64,000 bases of DNA from a virus (lineage: Duplodnaviria; Caudoviricetes): the IMG/VR virus record IMGVR_UViG_3300042378_000447, positions 511-64,510 of that record, one strand, 5' to 3'. Below, piece after piece: positions 26,698 to 36,544 of this stretch; positions within the stretch are counted from its first letter, which is position 1, and the number at the start of each line of letters is the position of its first letter. The translations under genes were made by a program, and so were the position numbers. A model generated the notes under the pieces. The model did not search any database. It worked only from the letters and a program-made list of their open reading frames with translations, and was not told where the DNA came from.

Positions 26698-27939
26698 ATG
26701 TTAATAAACCAAAATGGAATTATAGACTTTATTAAAGTTCGTGGAGGAGTAATTAACCTGCGCGAACTTTCTCACTTTAACCGCAAAGATATTGAAGCTT
26801 TACAGCTGGAAGGATACATCAAAGTCGGTCGGGGGAGTAGTGGTATTGAAGTCACTTTATTGGATAAATTCACCAAGAAATATGATGGAATAGCAGCAAA
26901 AGAAGAAGTACGAAAACACCATCAAGTTATTGAAAATAAGTTGGTAGAAAAGAAGAAAACCAAGAGAGAGGCTAATGATTTCTCTCTGAAAAACAAGATA
27001 TTTAGTGTTATTAAAAACGCTGATTATCCAGTGACAGCCAGTGAGATTAAAGAACAACTAATCCAGTACAATCCTAATAGTATCTGCGCTTATTTGTCAG
27101 CACTGGTTAAAGCCGGAATTATAGTTTGCAGTGAAAATAGAAAGATGTTTAGGCACTACACCACTCCCGACCGAAAAGAATTACTGGTAGGATTGAATAG
27201 AAAGCCCAAGAAACCTAAACCTGAACCAATTCCCGTTCCTGCCACCGCAGCCGCTTTAAAAGAGAAATTAGCCACAGCTAAAGACATAAATCTAAAACAC
27301 AGGGTACTAGAGATTGTCGTTGACTCTGAGTCACCAATGACATTACAGCAAGTGCGATCGCTATTACCAGAATCCACTAACATCAAAACCATATCTGCAT
27401 ACTTATCACTGTTTGCCCGCAAAGGAATCTTATGCTGTAGTCGTGTTACCAAGAATAATATCAAATACTACACCACCCCAGATCGCTCTCATCTATTTGG
27501 GGACTGGACCCCCCGACCCGGTTCACAGAAGGTTGCTGAAAGAATTTTAAGCGTGTTAGAAAATACTAGCATTGCTTTAGGGATTCGTGGTATATCTGCA
27601 CAATCCCAAATACCACGTAAATCCGCTTGGGTTGTTATACACAAGCTAAAGAACAAAGGACTAATTGAGTTAAAGCGCACCGGATACTCTTTACATATTG
27701 CTCTCAAGTCCAATTCTTCTGCTATGGACAGCCTAAACAAAGTTTCTGGATACACATTAAGAGACCAAGTTATTGAGTCCATCAAAAACAATAACCATCA
27801 CGCTCAAAGCATTTTAAGCGACTTAATTAATGATTATTCCCTTCCACATATTCACAGGGTACTACGACAAATGAGGTCCACAGGAGTTTTGTATTCCCGT
27901 ACCAAAGGACGGCATACTCTTTATTTTTTGAATAATTAA
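26698..27939 (+). CDS. multi-winged-helix DNA-binding protein
   Basis: repeated TASEI..SICAYLSALVKAGII-type wHTH units; paralog of 28978-29823. Confidence 0.6.
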   Translation: MLINQNGIIDFIKVRGGVINLRELSHFNRKDIEALQLEGYIKVGRGSSGIEVTLLDKFTKKYDGIAAKEEVRKHHQVIENKLVEKKKTKREANDFSLKNKIFSVIKNADYPVTASEIKEQLIQYNPNSICAYLSALVKAGIIVCSENRKMFRHYTTPDRKELLVGLNRKPKKPKPEPIPVPATAAALKEKLATAKDINLKHRVLEIVVDSESPMTLQQVRSLLPESTNIKTISAYLSLFARKGILCCSRVTKNNIKYYTTPDRSHLFGDWTPRPGSQKVAERILSVLENTSIALGIRGISAQSQIPRKSAWVVIHKLKNKGLIELKRTGYSLHIALKSNSSAMDSLNKVSGYTLRDQVIESIKNNNHHAQSILSDLINDYSLPHIHRVLRQMRSTGVLYSRTKGRHTLYFLNN

Positions 27940-28185
27940 TAACAAAAAAGATGGGGACGACCCCATCAAATCACAGGTAACCTCAAAAAACCTATCATCA
28001 TATTATCATATTATCATATCAAAATATTTTTTAAATAACAATAATTAATAAAAAGATAGGCTATGGGAAACCTATCTTGATCTTGCATCATTATTTATGA
28101 GCATCTACCTCCTTTATTGTAGCACAAAAAAAGATAGGCTGTGGAAACCTATCTTGACCTTATGTATCAATTCCTGTTGAAATAA

Positions 28186-28584
28186 TTATATCAGATTTAT
28201 GCCTTCATAGAGCAATTGATATCCTAATCTTAATCGCTGCAAAAATTCTGAAGTATTCCTGTTTTTCCACAATGGATTGCTACCGTCTCTAATCCAATTC
28301 TTGGGGCTATGGCAGATAGATTGATGACAAGATAAGCAAACCGGAAATGTAGACTCCCCAATTGCATCTTTCCCATAGTAAGCATGATGTATCTCATCTG
28401 ATTTTTTAACCATACATACGCAACATAAACCATGGGTTGACTTATGGGCGATCGCGCATTGTTTCCGGTATTTCCTGGAACTACCATAGCGTTTATCGTA
28501 GTCCACTTTTTGTTGCTGTATCTTTTTCTTCTCTGCCATTTTCCGTTGCTGATACTTACTTTTCTTTTCGTATTTGGTAGACAT
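28186..28584 (-). CDS. HNH endonuclease
   Basis: CCVC..EIHHAYY..FPVCLSCH. Confidence 0.75.
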   Translation of the reverse strand: MSTKYEKKSKYQQRKMAEKKKIQQQKVDYDKRYGSSRKYRKQCAIAHKSTHGLCCVCMVKKSDEIHHAYYGKDAIGESTFPVCLSCHQSICHSPKNWIRDGSNPLWKNRNTSEFLQRLRLGYQLLYEGINLI

Positions 28585-28621
28585 TGCTGGTTTTTTGATA
28601 GTAAATAATAATCATATTTTA

Positions 28622-28843
28622 CTATTTAGTATCAATTAATTTGTTCAGTTCATTAGCTAATTTCTCTGCCTTCTTTTGGGATAATCCGTACTTAATAGTT
28701 GTTAATCCATCACTGTTTTTAAAAACAATTTGCCACCATTTCTTGACAGTAATGGAAGACTGAACAGCATGAAATTTATCAATGACTAAGTTATCCCTAG
28801 CTTGCTTAAATTCGTGACACAATGCGTAAGATATTTCACTCAT
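28622..28843 (-). CDS. hypothetical protein
   Basis: ORF in minus-strand operon. Confidence 0.5.
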   Translation of the reverse strand: MSEISYALCHEFKQARDNLVIDKFHAVQSSITVKKWWQIVFKNSDGLTTIKYGLSQKKAEKLANELNKLIDTK

Positions 28844-28977
28844 ATTTGACTTGACCCTTTAACTTGAGAACTAAATTAATAGCAGTTTCAACAGTGGAAT
28901 TGTCTGCTAATTCTGGATGCTGAGAAAGCGCGTCTAAAGACTTGACAGCACTTTTGATTAATTCACTAACAGTGACT

Positions 28978-29823
28978 TTAATTGTGGTCTTCATAGCTGT
29001 TTTTGGGGGGTAATGATAACTGAGAATTTAACTTTCTCTTCTTATATTTGATTAGTTGATTTAAGTGGGATAAAGCTATTGAATTATCAATAAGAGCAAA
29101 GTACACAATATTACTTTTGACATAGCTTCCCGCCCTGACTATACCCGTTGTGATGAACAATTCTAATATCTTTCTTAAAGTAGTCCCGCTACATTGATTT
29201 GGTGGCAACTTACGTAAAATACCTGTCACTGACATTGCTTCATCTGCATTTTTCAAAACATCTAAAACAGCGTTCTTGTTTTCATACCTGCCAATATAAG
29301 TACCTATAATTTCATGAAGTAAGCACTCCCTTTCTATGTCGGTCCATAACCGTGTATTCCAATCAATAGAACATACCAAACTTTCCTTTTCTAATCTCTT
29401 TAAATGATAGGCGATCGCTCTAGGTCTAATCTGTGGAAACTTATCTTTCAACTCCATAGCAGACATGGGTTTATGTGCATTTTTAATTTCACTAAAGATA
29501 GAATTTCTTACTTGTTGACAACGCTCAAGTCTGTCATTGTTACTAATTTTTGGTTGAGACTTTACTTTAGTTTTTTTGGGGATTTGAACGAGTTCTTTAG
29601 GCTTAATGATAGTTTGGGTTGGTTGCGGTTTCTTCTCGTCTCTAGCCTTAAATTCACTACAAATTAAACATACTTCATAACAACCAATCCGTCCCGTTAT
29701 TTCTATATATTGGTGCAAATGTAATGTATCTAAAATACTATTAGGGAACTGTCTTAATTCTCTTAAATTAACAACTCCACCTCGTGCTTTTAAAAAGTCT
29801 AATACTTGTTGATAACTTGACAT
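28978..29823 (-). CDS. multi-winged-helix protein, paralog of 26698-27939
   Basis: shared N-terminus DF(I/L)K.RGGV.NLREL. Confidence 0.6.
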   Translation of the reverse strand: MSSYQQVLDFLKARGGVVNLRELRQFPNSILDTLHLHQYIEITGRIGCYEVCLICSEFKARDEKKPQPTQTIIKPKELVQIPKKTKVKSQPKISNNDRLERCQQVRNSIFSEIKNAHKPMSAMELKDKFPQIRPRAIAYHLKRLEKESLVCSIDWNTRLWTDIERECLLHEIIGTYIGRYENKNAVLDVLKNADEAMSVTGILRKLPPNQCSGTTLRKILELFITTGIVRAGSYVKSNIVYFALIDNSIALSHLNQLIKYKKRKLNSQLSLPPKNSYEDHN

Positions 29824-29895
29824 AGCAACCCTTAAACTGCATTTTTCAAAAAGAGTACATAGATATTTTATACTCTTTTTGACTGCAATTATTTA

Positions 29896-30099
29896 TCATG
29901 TTTGCTGATGGATTTGATAACAAATTAATGGCGTTGATTGTAGTCCCCTTACTGTTTTGAACACATCAATTTCTCGTAGTGAATTAAATAGATAAGCTTC
30001 ACTAATCCTGGATGTAAATACAACACTAAAAATGCTGGTATCTTTGTGAATCAATCCTTCATTAGCCTGTAACACAAATCCTTTCAACTGATTACTCAT
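29896..30099 (-). CDS. hypothetical protein
   Basis: translationally coupled to the ATPase. Confidence 0.5.
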   Translation of the reverse strand: MSNQLKGFVLQANEGLIHKDTSIFSVVFTSRISEAYLFNSLREIDVFKTVRGLQSTPLICYQIHQQT

Positions 30100-31648
30100 C
30101 TCCCATTCCCTCCTTTAATTTTGCCATTAATAATTCCACACCTTTATCGTTTAATTCCTGTTGGGTTAAATGTTTCCAGGCTGCTTTTAATTCGTCTGCT
30201 GTGGGCTGTCTACCCAAGCTTCTAATCCATTCAACCAATATTTGATAATAGTCCGCTGTGTCCTTTTGTGGTTGGGGTTCATCTTGGGAGTCGTTGTTTT
30301 GTTCCATTGCATCAATATCAAATACTGGGATTAATGCAACAAACGGATTACCACGGGTAGGAATTACCAGAGCATATCTCACCTCTTCATTATCCAGAAG
30401 TTCGCACACTTGACTAAACAAATCAGATATTTCTGCTTTGACATTTAACAACTCCGGCATCTTGGTTAAAACGTAATTAGATACTTTACCTAGTGCCAAA
30501 AAGCAGATATTTTTAAGCGCAGGACGACTAAAACCAGTGTAGGTACTCAATGGGTTTTGTCCCATAAAAATACCGTGAATCTTCATAGCAGCGGTGAAGT
30601 TAATAACATAATTCCACATAGCACAAAGGTTCATTGCTGTGTCTTTCGGCACTTGTCCAACAAGTCCTTTCCCTTCACCAAATACCACATTAACTTCATC
30701 TTGAATCAGGAATATTTCACCTAATCCTTCACCCTTGCGGTTGTTTTTAAACTCATCCTGACGTGCATCTATAACTTTTGTGGCAAACGTAACCCATTGA
30801 TCTAGATTGGTTTTAAAACCATCAAACTTGCGGCTAAATTTACACAACCAAGCTGTTAAATAGTTCTTAGGGTCTGAACCAAACACATAAGCTGGTCCTT
30901 GTGACTTAGCAGCAATCTTATTGATAAAAACACCTGCTAAAGTAGACTTTCCTGACTGAGTTTCACCCCAAAAGCTAAAGTGGTGGTTAGCACGTTCGCT
31001 CATCTTCTGTCTAGCGGAACTTTCACACAATTCATCAACCCATTCATCATCTATCCGTACATATTCAGGATACTGAGACGCTAATTCTTCCAGTAATTGC
31101 CGGGTGCTGGGATTGATAATTGATTGGACCATCTTTTCATCCACTGTGGCTATTTCAGGATTAGCCACGGCACGAGAACCTGGTAACTGTCTAGGCTCAT
31201 CAATAACCGCTTGTTGTATTTGCGGTAACTCAACTAAGCCTTGTAATCCATAAGATTGCATCCAGCGGGGTCGTTCCATTTCTGGAAGTCCATTTATATA
31301 CCCTGCCAACTCACGCTTAGATTGTATAGCATTCTTACATTGTTCAAAGGTAAACGTGCCTTTGAGTTCCTCTTTGATAATAGCGTGACTAGCATCTTCA
31401 ATAGACTTGTAGAACTTCTCTTTATGCTTGCGTCGGTAGACTTCAGCGGTAAAACACGCACCTGAAAAAAGCCCAAGTAACTGTTGAATTAGCTTAACTT
31501 CACTATTTAAGTTTGGGGCAAATATCACTGGGGTAAACGTACCCGCTATTGCTGTAGCTGCAAGAGTTCCCATCAGAACCCGCTCAACATTTATCAACTT
31601 GGAATAAATGTCTTTATCTTTTGAAAATGGATTAGTATGATGCTGCAT
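30092..31648 (-). CDS. membrane-anchored P-loop ATPase (FtsK/HerA/coupling-protein-like)
   Basis: two N-terminal hydrophobic helices, Walker A GETQSGKS, Walker B IFLIQDE, GIFMGQ. Confidence 0.75.
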   Translation of the reverse strand: MQHHTNPFSKDKDIYSKLINVERVLMGTLAATAIAGTFTPVIFAPNLNSEVKLIQQLLGLFSGACFTAEVYRRKHKEKFYKSIEDASHAIIKEELKGTFTFEQCKNAIQSKRELAGYINGLPEMERPRWMQSYGLQGLVELPQIQQAVIDEPRQLPGSRAVANPEIATVDEKMVQSIINPSTRQLLEELASQYPEYVRIDDEWVDELCESSARQKMSERANHHFSFWGETQSGKSTLAGVFINKIAAKSQGPAYVFGSDPKNYLTAWLCKFSRKFDGFKTNLDQWVTFATKVIDARQDEFKNNRKGEGLGEIFLIQDEVNVVFGEGKGLVGQVPKDTAMNLCAMWNYVINFTAAMKIHGIFMGQNPLSTYTGFSRPALKNICFLALGKVSNYVLTKMPELLNVKAEISDLFSQVCELLDNEEVRYALVIPTRGNPFVALIPVFDIDAMEQNNDSQDEPQPQKDTADYYQILVEWIRSLGRQPTADELKAAWKHLTQQELNDKGVELLMAKLKEGMGDE

Positions 31649-32141
31649 AAGAAGGTTTTGGTAAGTTGGGAGCTAATGTTATGTAAGGGTCCGTGTTTGT
31701 AGGAATTACCAATGCACAAGGAATATATTTGTTGTCAAGCAAATCCCGTACGTGCCTAAAAAGATTTGCTAATTCTGGGTTAATTCTCCAGTAATTAACG
31801 CTGCACAAGAAGTACCTCATCACGCAAGTACCCATTGCAATTAAACAGATATTTTCTCTCTGTTTTTTAGTAAGTCCGTCATCAAACGGTCTTTGTCTTT
31901 CCAAAATGTCGTCTCTATGTAAACCAGTTCTCTCTTGAATTATCTCAATCAATGCTGATTTACCAATACCAAATTCCCCAGTTACTATTAGTTGAAAACG
32001 CTGGTTTTGACTTGAGTTTTGCTTTTGTGTCACCAAACTATCGCATAGATCATCTAGCCAATAATCATCAAGTATGATATGCTCAGGGTATTCAGAAGAC
32101 AAAATTTCTAAGCGTTTTAAAATTGAGTTAAGATGCTGCAT
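31632..32141 (-). CDS. internally deleted paralog of the adjacent ATPase
   Basis: YPEHI.LDDYWLDDLC, GEFGIGKS, NICLIAMG, CALVIPT match the 518-aa protein; Walker B region absent. Confidence 0.7.
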   Translation of the reverse strand: MQHLNSILKRLEILSSEYPEHIILDDYWLDDLCDSLVTQKQNSSQNQRFQLIVTGEFGIGKSALIEIIQERTGLHRDDILERQRPFDDGLTKKQRENICLIAMGTCVMRYFLCSVNYWRINPELANLFRHVRDLLDNKYIPCALVIPTNTDPYITLAPNLPKPSYAASY

Positions 32142-32415
32142 ATAAACCTACCATGACTGCAAATAGAACTAAACCACCAAAGATGTAAATAGGGGCAAAC
32201 CCCACTAAAGTCAAGTTTTTACTCATTACCCCGTGATATCTGTGGTATAACCCTAACCAATTATTAAAACCAGCAATTAGTATCAGTAACAATCCTAAAA
32301 GAATCAGTGCGATCGCACCGCCGGCAGTAGAAGGATAAGCTTTTATTAAAAAGCCTAAAAGCTGGAAAGTTGCATACCCACAAAATAATAACCCACCGTA
32401 CAATAGTCTATTCAT
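32128..32415 (-). CDS. small multi-TM membrane protein
   Basis: three hydrophobic segments. Confidence 0.65.
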   Translation of the reverse strand: MNRLLYGGLLFCGYATFQLLGFLIKAYPSTAGGAIALILLGLLLILIAGFNNWLGLYHRYHGVMSKNLTLVGFAPIYIFGGLVLFAVMVGLYAAS

Positions 32416-32420
32416 CTTTT

Positions 32421-32603
32421 TTAATCCTTGAAAATCAACAATTGAGAAATTTGGAATGCTTTATCTATAAGCATTTGCTCCTCCGGGGTGCGCGATCGCG
32501 TTCGGTCATTGATTATTATTTGAGCGCAATCTTCAGCCATTTGTCTGGACAAGCCTCTGATTTCAAAAGCACATCTATAAGCTTCTTTTAGTTGATTCAT
32601 CAC
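32421..32603 (-). CDS. 60-aa protein; homolog of the spacer 25/26 target; paralog at 52060-52227
   Basis: GAGGAGG RBS; NDRTRSRTPEEQ vs spacer-encoded NDQVRDRTPQEQ. Confidence 0.7.
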   Translation of the reverse strand: MMNQLKEAYRCAFEIRGLSRQMAEDCAQIIINDRTRSRTPEEQMLIDKAFQISQLLIFKD

Positions 32604-32699
32604 TACCTCCTCATGTCGTATTGCAAATACAAAATCATGCCTAAGAACAATGCAATTAGTAATATCGTGATTACACTTTTGATATCTGTTACTGGCATT

Positions 32700-33182
32700 T
32701 TAATCTCTCTCCTTACTTGCTAAATCAAACACATTTGCACATCCAAAAGCCAATTCGCTACCAACAACAAATACTCCACAAAGAACCCTTAAGAACATAG
32801 CAGAAGGATTACCTAACTGCTTCAAATTAATTTGATAATCAGTCCAGAATGTGTAGGATGCTACGAGCAGAAAAATTATTAATCCTACAAAAAAAACTGT
32901 ATCAAATATCTTCTTTACTTCCTGATCTGCTTTAGGCTTTGTTAACACTTTGATTAGCATTTTAGGATCAAATATAACCGTTGTTACTGACAATTCAATC
33001 CCCAAAATCAAAGCCACTGCTACAGCACTTGCAAATATTCTTTGCCAATATTCCGCACTCTTTAATAAGTCATAAAAGTAGGGGTAAAGGGTGTAAGCAT
33101 TGTATAAAAGCACGCCCCAACCAACTTTATTAAAGAATTGGAATAGGGTAGCGTCCGCTTCACTATTCCGTTTAAATATCAT
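32700..33182 (-). CDS. 4-TM membrane protein
   Basis: hydrophobic segments. Confidence 0.7.
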   Translation of the reverse strand: MIFKRNSEADATLFQFFNKVGWGVLLYNAYTLYPYFYDLLKSAEYWQRIFASAVAVALILGIELSVTTVIFDPKMLIKVLTKPKADQEVKKIFDTVFFVGLIIFLLVASYTFWTDYQINLKQLGNPSAMFLRVLCGVFVVGSELAFGCANVFDLASKERD

Positions 33183-33616
33183 GAAAATATCTCCTTAGCT
33201 TGAACTTCGTAAACTGTTTGAAAGCCGTCTAAATTGACTTGAGTTTCTGCTGCGCCTAGTTGATATCTGGATACAACTTTACCGTGACTAGCACTAATTC
33301 CTCTTAAACGTTCATCAACTTGCATCACTTTTTGAGTATGCTGAACATTTAACTCATGGAGTCTCAGTAATTGATCCATTTGCTGACTTCTACTAGCAAC
33401 TATGTCTTTGGCTAATTCCAACTGGGCTTCTATTTCCCCAGTGTTTTTGGCTTCCTGAAGAACCTGCTGGGCGGATACCCCTGCTGGTAACTTCATGGTT
33501 GCTTTAATTCTGTTCAAAGAAGCCCCCATATCACCAATTACCGTGACATCAGTACCAAGTCCAGTTAATTGTGTCTTCTCTTGAGTTGCGAGTCCGGCGA
33601 AAATGTTGTCAAACAT
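33179..33616 (-). CDS. coiled-coil protein
   Basis: helical, Gln-rich; operon-coupled. Confidence 0.65.
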   Translation of the reverse strand: MFDNIFAGLATQEKTQLTGLGTDVTVIGDMGASLNRIKATMKLPAGVSAQQVLQEAKNTGEIEAQLELAKDIVASRSQQMDQLLRLHELNVQHTQKVMQVDERLRGISASHGKVVSRYQLGAAETQVNLDGFQTVYEVQAKEIFS

Positions 33617-33930
33617 TGTTTATGCTCCTGGTTAGTTGATTTGTTGATACTTAAAAATGCACAGAGGATTAAAGTTAGAGTCGCCAAGCCTAAAAAGGTA
33701 ATAGTCATGGCATTTGTCATTTTGGCTTCGTCGCTTATGCGTTGCTCTAACTCTGATTTGAGACGACGGTCTTGGTCCTTGTGATAGTCCGATGAAACTA
33801 TCAATCTGTCAATTGCATTGAGCGCAGGAGAACCCTTTAAAGTGAATTCACCGCTGGGCTTGTACGTAAGTTCCACTGGTTGTGGATTGGTTATTTCCTC
33901 CTGTATTTCTAGGTGGCTGGGAAATTGCAT
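33565..33930 (-). CDS. single-TM protein
   Basis: TITFLGLATLTLILCAFL. Confidence 0.6.
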   Translation of the reverse strand: MQFPSHLEIQEEITNPQPVELTYKPSGEFTLKGSPALNAIDRLIVSSDYHKDQDRRLKSELEQRISDEAKMTNAMTITFLGLATLTLILCAFLSINKSTNQEHKQCLTTFSPDSQLKRRHN

Positions 33931-33986
33931 AAATCACTATTCCTGATAGAATAAAGAACTGAATAAATATCGCTACAATCATCCAA

Positions 33987-34556
33987 TTAGACGGCTTCAA
34001 AATTGATGATATCTTCAAAAGCCTCATCGAAGATTGATCCAATCTGTTGGCGAAAGGATGCAGACTGATTTGTGTATCCCTCCAACTCGCTGGACACTTT
34101 AGCGATAATATTGGGGTTAATTTGTTGGCAGCGTTGCATAATTTTAGCTGTTACCGCACTCTCAACTCTTCCACAGTTACTATCAAATACTTGGATGATT
34201 TCTTTAGTTTCAGACTCAACTGCTGTTTTCAAGTTCTGAACAGCAGGTCTTAGTGCTTCAACACCATTTGCATTGGGCATATTGGTGTTACTAATCTCGC
34301 TTTTTTTACCCTTCTTTTTGGGTTCTGTTGTCGCTAACTGAGTATCATTATTAACGACAGCAGGTAAATTATTAGCTTTATCCACTTCATTAGCGATAAA
34401 TTCAACAGTAGCTTTATCATACGTATTTGCTACTGAATCAAAAAGTGAATTTAAATCAATCCCAACTTCATTAGCAATAGATTGGGCTTTTGCTATTAAT
34501 TGTTCATCTGAAATAGGATTCTTTAGTAATGGCTTAATCAAATCAAATACGTTCAT
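33987..34556 (-). CDS. helical hypothetical protein
   Basis: AGGAG RBS, operon context. Confidence 0.65.
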   Translation of the reverse strand: MNVFDLIKPLLKNPISDEQLIAKAQSIANEVGIDLNSLFDSVANTYDKATVEFIANEVDKANNLPAVVNNDTQLATTEPKKKGKKSEISNTNMPNANGVEALRPAVQNLKTAVESETKEIIQVFDSNCGRVESAVTAKIMQRCQQINPNIIAKVSSELEGYTNQSASFRQQIGSIFDEAFEDIINFEAV

Positions 34557-34690
34557 AATTAGCTCCTGTGACTCCTATCATTTGTTGAATTTCTTTCTTT
34601 GCTTTAGCGTTAAATGCGTTAAAACCGGGTCTTGCTTGCCACTCAGTGTAGCTACCGTCATTTTCTAATTTACGGATTAGGACTACTACT

Positions 34691-34960
34691 TCAATGTTTG
34701 CCATTGCTTAACTCACTTGCTATTTGTTCTTTACTTTTTTTAGAGTTTTTGTACTTACGTAGTAACGCTTGTATTTCCTCTAAATTGCTAACTTCTTTTT
34801 CAGTAAGTGGGCTGCCGTTTAACTGGTTTGTTACTGGGTCAATAAAAGAACTAAATGAACTTAAATACTGAACCGCAACTTTTAAATATCGCTGTACCTG
34901 TCTTTCTCCTACTCCTAAACGATCACCCGCTTCTTTACGACTTAACTTTGGTAGATTCAT
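34691..34960 (-). CDS. HTH DNA-binding protein
   Basis: LSRKEAGDRLGVGERQVQRYL. Confidence 0.65.
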   Translation of the reverse strand: MNLPKLSRKEAGDRLGVGERQVQRYLKVAVQYLSSFSSFIDPVTNQLNGSPLTEKEVSNLEEIQALLRKYKNSKKSKEQIASELSNGKH

Positions 34961-35087
34961 CTCATATTGTTTTCCCGTCTCATGTCCGGGTCATGTCTGG
35001 TATGTCCTCAATATAAAACCCCTCTAATAGAGCGTCAATAGATATCTGGTAAATCCCATAAATCATTGACTTCTATTTAAAGGGGTG

Positions 35088-35330
35088 TTAGACTAGCAAG
35101 TTTTTTTTGAACATGACCACAGCCCAGTCTGGGATGTTGTCTTTATAAAACCAAGCTTGGATTGTGGATAATGTTGGCGGCTGAATCCCAGTCCCTTGAT
35201 AGTATTCGTTGATTTTCCTGTCAATGTAATTAATACAAAAATTCTGGTATCCGTGGCATTCTGGCGAGAAACCGGCTTTTTTCGCTTCTTGCTTGGGCAA
35301 AATGTCCTCAATTGACTTAACTCGTGCCAT
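35088..35330 (-). CDS. putative small regulator
   Basis: PTLSTIQAWF HTH-like segment; RBS AGGAG. Confidence 0.5.
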   Translation of the reverse strand: MARVKSIEDILPKQEAKKAGFSPECHGYQNFCINYIDRKINEYYQGTGIQPPTLSTIQAWFYKDNIPDWAVVMFKKNLLV

Positions 35331-35461
35331 AATTTATTAGCTCCTGTGTACGGGGTCAATATCCTCCTAGTTGGTTTCAGCTTCTAGGAGGATTTAAAAT
35401 AAAAATAGCATATTCCGCTATTAGTGTGCTATTAGTGGAATAAGAATAATTAGGTAAATGA

Positions 35462-35839
35462 ATGACTAATCGCAAAAAACCAGAAACAAGAGAACAATTG
35501 CAAGCTGACATTGCAGCCCATCCTGATCGAGGCATGATCAACGGTCGCAAAGTTGTAGACGATGCTAGACGGGAAGTACGCGCTAAAGTCCCTGCTGAAC
35601 TTAAGCGTAAACTTTTAAGAGTGATTGCTTGCTACGGCGTGGGCATGGGAGAAGGACTGGAAATGGCGATCGCTGCTTTATGGAGACAAGAACAGCAAGT
35701 AGTGAGGCTACATGAGCAAGAGAAAGCCCAAGAATTTGGAGTCTCTGAGAAAGACATCCAGATTAAAGAATTTGGACATTACAAAGCCGTAGGACGGCAA
35801 AAGAGACTAAATTTAGTTAATGGAGAAGCCAATGAGTAA
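35462..35839 (+). CDS. hypothetical (RHH-like core) protein
   Basis: EVRAKVPAELKRKL. Confidence 0.55.
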   Translation: MTNRKKPETREQLQADIAAHPDRGMINGRKVVDDARREVRAKVPAELKRKLLRVIACYGVGMGEGLEMAIAALWRQEQQVVRLHEQEKAQEFGVSEKDIQIKEFGHYKAVGRQKRLNLVNGEANE

Positions 35840-36320
35840 AATTTTATTCTTAGATTTAGACGGCACTGTACGGCAAACTAAATCAGGGGCAACATTTATT
35901 AACGACCCTTACGATCAAGAATTAATACCTGGGGTAGGAGAAACAATAACCCGATATTCAGACTGGACTATTGTAGGCGTGACTAACCAAGCAGGTGTAG
36001 AAGCGCGTAAAAAGACGTTAGAAAGTTGCATCAAAGAACAAATGTACACAATGCAATTATTACCACAACTACAATGTATTAATTTCTGTACTACTTTTGA
36101 CGGTAGTAATGGGTATAGATGCTATCCACACGGAAATGTAGTTAATTTAAAGCCAGGGCGCAATTATCGTAAACCTTCCCCAGGTATGCTTATGCAGTTC
36201 ATTGAAGATTGCTGTTCATTGCCATTGGAAGATGCTTTAATGGTGGGAGACAGGGTAGAAGATGAGCAATGCGCCAAAAACGCTGGGATTAATTTTATTT
36301 GGGCTAACGATTGGAGGTAA
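35832..36320 (+). CDS. HAD-superfamily IIIA phosphatase (GmhB/polynucleotide 3'-phosphatase-like)
   Basis: FLDLDGT, VTNQAG, RKPSPGM, MVGDR. Confidence 0.85.
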   Translation: MSKILFLDLDGTVRQTKSGATFINDPYDQELIPGVGETITRYSDWTIVGVTNQAGVEARKKTLESCIKEQMYTMQLLPQLQCINFCTTFDGSNGYRCYPHGNVVNLKPGRNYRKPSPGMLMQFIEDCCSLPLEDALMVGDRVEDEQCAKNAGINFIWANDWR

Positions 36321-36322
36321 GT

Positions 36323-36544
36323 ATGTGGAAAATTCCTTTGTTAAGTGTTTTACAGTATTTAGAGTCCGACTGCACCGACTTTGACTTATATGATTTAGCA
36401 AAAGTCTTAGAAGCCTTAGCACTTATTTCTGCTAGTGAAATATTAGCCGATGAACTTGAGCAAGCGGCGAAAGATTACCGCAGCGGTAGCTATTCCTATA
36501 GAGCATTACAAGAATTGATAATGAGGATTGCTAGTTATGAGTAA
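36323..36544 (+). CDS. hypothetical protein
   Basis: GGAGGT RBS before ATG 36323. Confidence 0.55.
   Translation: MWKIPLLSVLQYLESDCTDFDLYDLAKVLEALALISASEILADELEQAAKDYRSGSYSYRALQELIMRIASYE

Noticed and set aside
32474-32510. True self-targeting by spacers 25/26
   Set aside because: 11 mismatches in 37 nt spread across the middle; better explained as a homologue in another element. I noticed no perfect self-match for any spacer, but this was by eye.
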